Origin: a virus
Direction: 5' to 3' (one strand)
Virus record (IMG/VR): IMGVR_UViG_3300030328_003618
Span: 6,738-70,737 of that record
DNA length: 64,000 bases
The number at the start of each line of letters is the position of its first letter. The first letter of the stretch is position 1. A program made the position numbers and the translations under genes. The notes beneath the pieces are model-generated. The model worked only from the letters and a program-made list of their open reading frames with translations, had not been told where the DNA came from and searched no databases. Of the stretch, positions 37,501 through 47,100 are shown piece by piece.

Positions 37501-38106
37501 GGCTTTAAACAACTCGTATTTAATGTTTGGAGAACCAGCTAATCTTCTAACCATGTTCCAAAACTTTCTAACCCATTTTTTAAAACCAGGGGCAGTATAT
37601 TCTTCTGTATAATATCTACCTATTTTTTCAACTAACTTTTCTTCCCCATATTTTTTAATAGCCTTTTTTACCATTGGAGCATTACGATACATACCTATGT
37701 ATATATGTGCATACTCATGCGGTGGCGTTTCTAAATAAGCATCGTTAGCCCAAGCAACCATAGAATGTAAACCATTCCTAATACTCATACCTTTATCGCC
37801 AGGCTCTAACGGTACAAAAGTTCCATCTTCTTTTACAACCCCTCCTTTGTTTATTACAAAATCTGGAAATGTTTTTTTTAAGCTATCTATTATTTCGCCA
37901 GATAATAAAGGATTTTTGTTTATTTCTTGTAAAGTTTTATTTTGAGGAATTATATTTTCGTCTAAAACACTTTCTTCTACTTTAATTTTCTTTTTTACAG
38001 TAGGTACTTCAGATTCATTATTAGCAAAAATTTGCCAAGCCTTATCTTCACCATGCTTTTTTACTAAAGCTATAAAATCAGGATTATTTATATTAGGACA
38101 TAACAT
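34504..38106 (-). CDS. large virion cargo protein with zincin motif
   Basis: 1200 aa; MLCPNINN start; TPPHEYAH at about 37705-37719; directly downstream of the RNAP gene. Confidence 0.7.
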   Translation of the reverse strand: MLCPNINNPDFIALVKKHGEDKAWQIFANNESEVPTVKKKIKVEESVLDENIIPQNKTLQEINKNPLLSGEIIDSLKKTFPDFVINKGGVVKEDGTFVPLEPGDKGMSIRNGLHSMVAWANDAYLETPPHEYAHIYIGMYRNAPMVKKAIKKYGEEKLVEKIGRYYTEEYTAPGFKKWVRKFWNMVRRLAGSPNIKYELFKAFRENKTLSRDITQGTDIISYQKAPFKRSSTSYTEDSKLEDLVRKSYNIQKDEIINNKGELKQNTVLEESFLDLTGKLKINFLLERSNDKENYSINDLNEHITILKDAYRESVNELKEIDVDSKNDYKNVVGLDEIEDLKDFDKILKSGENNLSNPITLYSLFYLSELAQGEKEVKNYPWERLFGTPTERERKTVVEKGTELANKFIEIKKRIKKVNLDNLNLILPGNSHITIEDAFKVLEKEIEDASKKRNNYWFNKGVFKDNKVLNRLVEIISKYLTNISSNARLHSKFLSGQSDSALQKMLYDEFNTARDRSLRVQGKARDHFAEITNIIENIDGSYFWNKNKNIDQIETYEIEVNKEGRKVKVTESELLSIFLNLRMEKNREKMSGGNPEKRTGFVLQDVIEGRVLPSNKGEEQKAMYLTSEQEININNIIKNNKRLVEVVSQIDQALKDMGIELNKAHIAETGVPLPLESNYFPTSYGVADREIERQQKRNVDFLSSRYSKKGNEKAAIRISDAYEVLNKYIDNVGYYAGYNLSIKNANKILSKLRKEYKKDKSRKDYKQIIDLIDALQGNVNRLTDSSNLYSSKGEKKITNYINKMMANFSSSVLALSLPVYFKQPISYLAAAEVIDNQYLKEAGWGVGMIAGINPKEIYKQLKRKKIGSNKSIFPAEWNMDKSDATYASILKYSPILKERFLGAISRELGEALQDSRIAEDSVRIPFTKNLRKIFGSSKEEDLEFSKNAMLSGIKAFDIATVTSIWKAVELEAQDKNGPYANKDGTLMVSKNKNEQEYFEHVARRTEEIVNKTQPTFDLNNRTALASDKNVFARFFTMFGSARSKLSMLLIEGVIDYQNSDKSKDNAQKLLKRFANITVLSAAAIVAVDILKTFTLGSSFDDPEEALKFAGWKTLSTVTGNFYGLGTFSDYVASNLDDEPWRRQIQMPAEAMTQDVLDVIVNTAKGNFGKAATDIIEGSFKFTGTPLYPYVVVKNIVKRVND

Positions 38107-38115
38107 ATTGCTAAA

Positions 38116-41100
38116 TTAGTTTTTTATTATTTTACACCTTTTCTTTAAATCTTCTGCGTCTTCTAAATTTACTGTTTCTTCGTTATTAAAAACAATGTAA
38201 TCTAGTTTTCTTTCAGCAGCAAAAGATTTAATTTTTATAACTTCACTCCTTCCTGTTCCTTCTACTTTCTTAAACTGATATAAGTTTTCATCACCTTCTA
38301 TTGTAAATCTTACACCATCTGCTCCTTTAATTGCATTTGGTGGTCCGTATTTGTTTTCAATAAACGCATATAAACTTTTACCCTCTTCTTCTAAGAAAAC
38401 GTTTTTCTTGTATTTCTTAATTGGATAGTTTAAGTCATTATAACTTTGAGCAAGCCTAAATTGTTTTAAATCGTATACTTTTTTCTCTTTTTCACCTCTA
38501 CTTTTAATGTTTGAAATTTCTTTTAAATATTCTAATGTATAGCTATTAGGCATTATCGATATAATACTTCCTAGCTTATTACTTAAACCATATTTAAAAA
38601 GTTGGTAGGCTAAAAATCTATTTTGTTCTTGATAACTTAACTTTTCAAAATCTCTTTTAGCAATTTGCTTTTGTGTACTTGTTAAAAATCTAATGTCTTG
38701 TTTACCAGATAAAACACTTTCACTTACATCTGTTATGGGGTCTACAACATTTCTTAGTTGCAATAATTTTATAAACTTATTATTTGCTTTTTCATTTGTT
38801 TCTAACGACTCAATGCTTTTAATTTCTTTAAAATCTTTATAGTCTTTAACTGTGTCTACTAATTTTTTTAGATTTTTCTTTGGTCCTTTTCCAATCTCTA
38901 ATTCAGTATTCTTTTGTAAAAATTGATTAACTTTTTCAATGTCATTTTCATTTTCGGTTAATACATTTTCTATATAAGCACCTAAATTAGTTTTTGCTCC
39001 ATCTATGTTTATGTCTTCTTTTAAGTATTTAAACAATAAACTATAATTGTTTCTAGCTGTTGTTTTAGCTTTTCCTTTTATTGTTTCTATTTTTTCATTA
39101 ACATAATCTGTAACAGTAGCATCTCCTGTTATTTGTTTGTAGCTATATTCAATTGATTCTAAAACAGTATCTTTTAAGTCTTCAATAATGGTTGTTACTC
39201 CGTTTTCTAGTATGTCAGCTATTTGACTTTCATCAAGTAAGTTTTGAGAAATCATTAAACTAAATAAATCATCAACTCTTCTTTTTTCTACAGAAGGATC
39301 ATACTCTCTAACATCAGAATAATTTCTTGAATTTTGAATTGCTTCTATTTCTTTGTAATAGTTTTGATTTTCAGTAATAAAATGATGCGACATTAAACCA
39401 ATCGCAGCGTCAACTAACTTTTCATAATGACGAACAAAAGGTTTTTGAGAATAATTATTGTAATTTAATTTAGTTTTACTTTCTTCACTTTTAATAGTAT
39501 TAAAAACTTTTTTTAAATCTCTTAGCAAATAACCATCATTCGGTAAATCACCATCTAATTGAACAATAGAAGTTACAGCGTTTAACTCTTGAGATAGTTG
39601 ACTAAAATATTGTAGAGTTTCTAAATTATTTCTTTCCTCACTATCTTCTTTTTGTTTTTCTATTTCTTTAGATAATGTTTTTTCAAATTTATTTTTATTT
39701 GCTTTTTCAGTATAAGCGTTATTTTCAAACTGGTCTTGCGTGTAGTATGATTTAACTTCTTTTTTATTGATAAACTTAATAACAGTTTTTAAAGGAATAC
39801 CACCTATTAACATTGCAACAACAACATTAATGTTACGACCATCAATACCAGAACGAAGTAATATTGGATTAGAAGCCATATCTAAAGCACCTTGTAATAA
39901 CATTGCGAGGTCATTAGAAGTCTTGTCATATTCGTTTACACCTACTCCATTTAGATTATAAGTTACACCATCAATAGTAATTTCTGTTTCTTCTCTAAAC
40001 CTAGTATTAGCTTGATACAAAGCAGAATTTAATTTACCAGCAACAGCAAGTATACCAACAGCAGTTTCTCCAAATGACATTCTAGCGTCAGTAGCTGACA
40101 TTTCAGAAGATGAAGCAAAGTCAAACTTACTAGGAAGACCTTCTGTTTTTTTACTTGTTTTTTTAGATACAAAATCTTTAAATGCTTGCACATCTTCTTT
40201 TGAACCTAATATTTGATATTGATTTTCATTACCTATTACAAGTTCGTCAGTAACACCTGATTTTTCAATATATAATATTTTGTTTTCTTTTTGTAAATTT
40301 TTAACGTACTCATCAATTTGTTCAGCAGTAGGTACTGTTGTTTTACTTATTGCTTGTAAAAAAGCAACTTTATTTTTAAAAGAAACTACATTAGAATTGT
40401 CAACTAAAACTGTATATTTTTTACCATCGTTTTTTTGAGCAAACTGATTAGCATATTCTTCGTTTGATGTTAAATAAATTCCACTTCCAAACTTATTACC
40501 TCTTTCTTTTTGTAATGATTCAGAGTAATTGAATTTTGACAAACCTTTTTTTGCACCCTTGTAAAATATTTTATTATTAGGAAACACACTATTTAAATAC
40601 GCAGAATATTGTCTTTCTGTACCTATTTCAGCTAATTCAGGTGTTTGTTTAAATATTTCATCAACTCCTTCTTTAACATCAGCCTCTCCTTCTGTTTCTC
40701 CTTGTTTTAACTCTTCATCTATTTCTTCTACAAATTTTTCAAATTCATCAAGATTGATAGTACCGTCTTCTATCCTTTGTTTATAATCTTGAGATTGAGA
40801 TAACCTATTTATAATTTTATAAATTTCATTAGCCTTACTGTTTTCATTTATAACAGTTTTTCCATCTTTAACTCTAACGTCTGGTTTATAAATAAATACT
40901 TTATCTCCATCGTGGTCAGCATCAGATTTAATTGTAAATGAATGTGGAAGTATTGCAATGTTTGCATCTCCTTCTATAAAACCTACAACTCTTGCGTTAA
41001 TAGTAGAAATCGCGTCAGAAGCGGGAACTCTAACTCCTGGTACAAACAGTCCACCTTTTTCATTTTGTTCTTTTAAAAACTTCTCAGCTTGCTTTTTAGC

Positions 41101-44100
41101 TTCTTCTCCTTGACCAAACATGCTATATGGCAATATGATTTCATTTTCTTTTAGTCTATTGTCCATATCAGGAACCATCTTTAGATAAGCACCTGGCACT
41201 CTAACATCAAGACCTTTAGATTGTAACCTACTAAGTATAACTTGCTTTAATTGCGGAGTCATTGCAGGATGGTCAATTTTGTTTATTGTCTTTTTATTGT
41301 CTAAAACACTTTGTGCTTCATCTAAATCTTCTTGTTGTTCTGGCGTTCTATTTTCTATAGCTTCTAAACGCTTTTTATTCCTTCTTGCTCTATCTAATAT
41401 TTTACCTTCTTTTTTGTTGTATTTAATAATATCTTTTAATAATTCAGAAGTGTCTGGGTCTTGTAAATCATCAACTTTTTTTAATAACTCATTTAGTATT
41501 TCTTCAGTATTAAAAAGTTTGTCAAACTCTCTAGAATTTAAGTAATTATCCTCACCTTCTTCAAGCCCCATTTGCTCCCATATATACTCTATAATTTTTT
41601 CTTCAAGTTGTTTAGACTCATTTAAAGCATTTTCTTGATCGCTATTATTAGTCCATATTTTTACACCTTGAGTAGATAATTTAGCAAACTGTCTATTTAA
41701 CTCTTTAGCTTCTTTGTTTTCATTAAAAGGAATATAAAAGTTTTGACTAACGTATTCGTATTTAGAGTTTTTAATTTTATCAAAATCATTTTCTGAAACA
41801 GCATTATAAAGTTCTTCAACTTTCATAGCCTTTATATCGGCTTTAGAGCCTTTTATAGCGTCTTTATCAATTATTTGAATATAATGTGTATCTCCATATT
41901 TTTCTTCAAGCATTTCAAGCATTTTAGCAATTCTGTAAAAATTACTTTCTTCGTAATTATCACCCATCATTGCTTTAGCCATTTCAACAATGTTGTTGTT
42001 TTCTTCATCCCCAAAATAATTTACTGAAGAGTTTTTATGATAAATATTTTCTCCTTTATTATTAATCATATACTCCCCATCTTTAGAGTTATAACTAATC
42101 GGGTCTAACTGTTTATCTCCTAATTGTTTTTGAATAGCTTCTGTCATCCCTTTACTTCTCCAAAGAAATGAATCAGAAATAGGGTTTCCATCTTTGTCGT
42201 TCATTTCATAAACAACAGTCATTGTTTTTTTATCGCTTAAATCAACACGTAAACCAGTAGAATCAAAACCACTATTACGTTTTAAAATATTTGATTTATC
42301 TACTTTTCCTTTTTTAATTAATCTTGTAGCAACTGGTTCAGATAAAATATCATTAATAGCAAGTCTATTAACACGTTCATTTAATACATAAGACAATATC
42401 ATCTCGTCAATAGTCTTGTATTTACCATCTTTTCCTACATGGTCTTTTTGAACAGTATCTAACAAACCTACTTTTGTTAATACTTTTTTAAGTATTGAAG
42501 TTTCTTTTTTTATTGCTGATACTTTCTTTTTAATACCCTTTTTTTCTATTTCGCTTAAATTATTTTTTTCTAATTGAGAATCTAATTTTTCATCTGTTTC
42601 TGCTTTTAAATAGATTGGGTCAAAACTTTTAACTACAACTTCACCATCAACATCATAAGCAAAATTATATGATAATTTATTCCACTCTTCTAAGTATTTC
42701 TTTTTTTGTTCTTCGTTTTTAAGCTTTTTATAACCTTGATTTAAATGATATTGGTCAACTCTACGTTGTTCGTTTAATCTGTTTTTAATAGCATCGTTAT
42801 CTAATCTATCTACTTGTATATAGTTAGAATGTGAACGATCATTAATCATTACTTTTTGATAATACCTACTACGGTCTTGGTCGTTACTAAAAAACATAAA
42901 TTGACTTATAAATAAATCAATACCACTTAATGCACTATGTTCTTTAACAGAATCTCCAAAATAATTTACAGCATCGTCTATAGCCCATTTAAAAATACCC
43001 GTTTGATATATTGAATTAAAAACAGGGTTATCTCTAAATAAATAAACATCTCCATCTTTAGTTTTTACTTTAGAGTTATTTTTTTCTTTTGCAAATCTCC
43101 CCCTATTTGATATGTCTGCAAAAATTCTATTTAAGGCTGAACCAAATCTAATAGTGCTTACTGTGTTTCCAGAAGAATTAATAAACATGTTTGCATTCTG
43201 AATAGAACCATCATACATTTGACTTGCAAAGTTCATTAAAGTGTTAACTCTACCTTTATCTTCTGCAAACTTTCCTTTATATCTTTTGTTTTCAGGATTT
43301 TTATCTTTAGTTAATTGTTCTGCTGCTGTGTTTAAAATATCAGACATAAAAAACTTTATAGATAAATTTTGTCGTTTTTTAACATCAATTTCATTTGCAA
43401 TATCTTGTAACGCTTTTGCTCTTTTAGTAAGCTTACCTTTATCGTTTTTTTTGTTTAAATTTTGCTCGTCATTAATTAGCCAATTAGTATATTCTTCAAC
43501 ATGAAACTCTCCGTTTACGTCAAACAATACATTTCCAAGCCTATTAACTTCGTTTAATTCAAACCTTAAAAGTTTATCTGTAAAACCAAACCCGTACATT
43601 GACCTTTCTTTTCTATTTATTAATTGCTTTAAAAGTTCAGCAATTGATTTCTTTTTACCTTGGTCTTCTTCTGTACCAACGATAGGTGATGCCAAAAACG
43701 GTGCGCTTGTTAATCTTAATTTTAAATTTAAGGTTCTGCTTTTTCTTTTATTAGATTGACTTACATCTCTTATCTGTATTTCTTTTAAACCTTCTTTGTC
43801 TTTTTTTATTAATATTGCTTTTTGAGGTATTGATTGATTAGACAAAGATTGATGCAATACTGTTTGTAAAGAATCAGTACCAAACTGTTCGTCATATTCT
43901 TGTAATGCTAATAAAGTATTGTAAAGAGCAAGAGGTACTTCATTGTTTCCTTTTTTTGAATCTTCAGCGATTCTAGACATTAACTCTTCTGTAGTGCTAC
44001 TTTTCATAGCGGCATTAGTCAAATAAGCATAGGCTTCGTCATTATGTATCATTTGACCTTGACTATTGATTAATCTGGCTAATAATGCATTAACAGAAGT

Positions 44101-47100
44101 AATCATTTTTTTAGAACCCTTTATTGCTTCTTTTTCTATTTTACCTTTTTCAGATTCAGACTTTTCGTTTTCTTTAATAGATTTATTAATTTCTATTTCA
44201 TCAATTTGTTCTGTAGGTAAATGAACTAAATACTCAACTACATTGTTTATGTGTTGCTTATAGGTTATTCCATCTTCGTAAATAGTTTCATTTAATAGAA
44301 TTTCAGTTTGGTCTAAATAACTTAAATCATTAAAATTAACTCCATCAAACTTATTGTTTTCTTCTTTTAATAAGTTGTATTTATAATTTAATTTATTTGT
44401 TTGAGCATCACCTTCTGCTAACTCTTCACTAAATATCTCTTTAATATCTCCAAGTATATTTTGTGCCTGAAAAGAAGTGTCTCTAAAAAATAAAGCGTTT
44501 ATTGTAAACTTCTTAATGTAGTTTAATAAAAACTCATTATTAAAATTAGCATCAGTTGTATCAAGAGCCTTTCTTTCATATTTTTCAATACCTTCTAAAT
44601 AAGAAGTTTCAACCATTATAGGCTTACTGTTAAATACTAAAGAGTCAGATAAGTAATCAATATAGTTGCTAGGACTATACCCAGTAAACATTCTTTTAAT
44701 CGTTCTCCACAACTTTTTTGCTATTGACAACCATTTAGTTATTTGATTCTTAGAAAGCTTCTCTTCGAGCTTAGGAATAGCGTTTTCAGACATAGCTTGA
44801 ACCAAGGCTTCCATAGCTTGTGTCTGAACAGTATCATTTGAATACGCTTTTTGTGCGTTAGTAAAAAACTTTGTTCCTTTAATCCAGTCTAATGCTAGAC
44901 TAACAATTTTTTTATCAGCTATTAAATCAATATAGACATGAGCAAATTCATGAGCTAATGTACTTTGAAAAGCTTCGTTGCTAATAGTAATACCTTCTTG
45001 GCTAACTTTACCTAATATTTCTACACCGTATTTATCAAAAAGAATATCAACAGTGCTAACAGGAATCATCGGGAACATCTTTTTAAAATGTTCTTTTATT
45101 TTTTGATATAACTGTAGATTATCTGCTATTTTTTGCGATTCAGCAGCTTTAGATAAAATACCCTTTCTTTGTTTTTTTTCTTTTCCTTTTTTTCTTCTAA
45201 AGCTTTTTATTTGATCCTTTCTATCTTCTGCTTCTTTTTGATTTTTTTGATTCTTTTTTTCATCAAGCTTATCTTGTTGATTTATTGTAGAAGGTGTTTC
45301 ATCACCAGATACAGTATTATCGCCAGTAAGATTAGAATCCCCAACATCTTCTTTAGTTTCTTCTACTACGTCTTCTTCTGTTTTAGGTTTGCCAAATTTA
45401 GAATTAAAAAAATCTGTAATTTGTTTTTGAGTTAAGCTAAATTCTTTTTTTCCATCAAAAAAGAATCCAGCCTCTTTTGCATCCATTGTTAAGTTTATTA
45501 TCGGAATACCATAAACTTTACCATAATGGTCAGTTACTCTTTGTATTTTAGAACCATCTTCTGATGTTATTCTTTGTATAACACCATATTGATAAACTTC
45601 TTGTTCTGCTTTTCCCCCTTCTACTTCTTTTACATCTTTGGATATTAACTGACCTAACCCTTCAACAGCTTCATTATTACTATTTTTTGCTATTGCATTT
45701 ATTTCAGCATTATCGTATTCTCTTAAAACTTCTACTGATGTTTCTTTTTCAATTTTTACTATATCGGTAGTTTCTTTAGTAGTAGGTTTTATTTCTTCTA
45801 CTTCTACTTCTTCTATTTTTTCTTCTTGTTTAGCTTCGGGTTTTGTTTCTTCTTTACTGTCCTTATCAGTTTCTTTGCTACCTTCGGTTTTTTCATCCTT
45901 TTTAGGTTTTATTGCATTTGAAAATCTTTCATCTTTTTCTGCTCTTTTTTCTATTTCATTCTTTATAACAGACGCACTTCTTCTATTTTTTTTATTTTTT
46001 ATATCAGATAGTGCTTGATTATAAGTTTCACGAATATCATCTTCAGTAATACTTTTATCATTAATTGCTTGTTTAAGAGAAGTATTTGTTCTATATGTTG
46101 TAGGTTCTTTAGTTTCTTCCGTTGGTTTAGACTCTTTCTTTTCTTCTTTTTTCCCTTCTTCTTTCTTTTCTTTTGTAGGATTCTTTAATTCATTAGAAAA
46201 CTCTTGCATTTCTATAGCAGATAGCTTTTCTTTTTTATTTGAGTCTTTATTTTCCTTGTTTTCTAAATTTTCTTTTTCTTGAGCAAGTTCTTCTGCTGTT
46301 AATGATTTTAGACCTTCTCTGTACTTAAATGCATCAAAAGTTTCTGTTTTTTCTGTCTTTTTTTCTTTAGGTTTTTCTTCTTTCTTTTCTTTCTCTTTTT
46401 CTTTGAGCATTTTTTCTTTAGCTTCTTCTACTTCAGTTTTTAAAGCATCAGCCATTTCTTGCTCTCGTTCTGTAAAATCTTGTTCGTCTATAATTTTACT
46501 AGCTAAATAATTTACTCTTTCTTGACTTACATTACCTTCTTTAAATTCTTGATATTCTTCTTCTGTAATTTCTCCTGCTAATCTTCCTTCTTTTTTAGCC
46601 TTAGAAACTTTTTCTTTAAAATCAGTTTTGTAAACCTTGTCTATTTCTTGATTTAAATCTTCTTGAGTAGTAATTGCACCACCAACTATTTTTTCTGCTA
46701 TAGCTTGATAAGCCAATACCTTATCACTAAACTCATTTGCATTTAAAGTTTCGGGCTTACGTAGTTCTAAAATTTCACTATAATTAACTCTAATAGCATC
46801 AATTAATGTTTTAAACAAACTGTTTTTTTCTTGATTAAGTTTTACAGATTCTTCAACTTGTGCGTCTATTATATCTCCTGATTTTTCTCTTACTTCTTCA
46901 TCAGTAACAATTTTTGACTGTATGTTTTTAAACGCTCTATTAAGATTAAATAATTGATATTGAGCTACAGGGTCATTTATAGCACTTACAACTTTTTGCT
47001 GATCTACAAACTCAGCCATTTCATCAATTATCTCACCAGTTACTTTATAATCGCTTTGTGTAATTTGTTTTTTCTTTAAGGCTTTATCTAAAGCTAATTT

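Noticed and set aside
45100-46450. T/C-rich low-complexity stretch as a DNA repeat element
   Set aside because: It is explained by the E/K-rich linker coding sequence of the giant protein.
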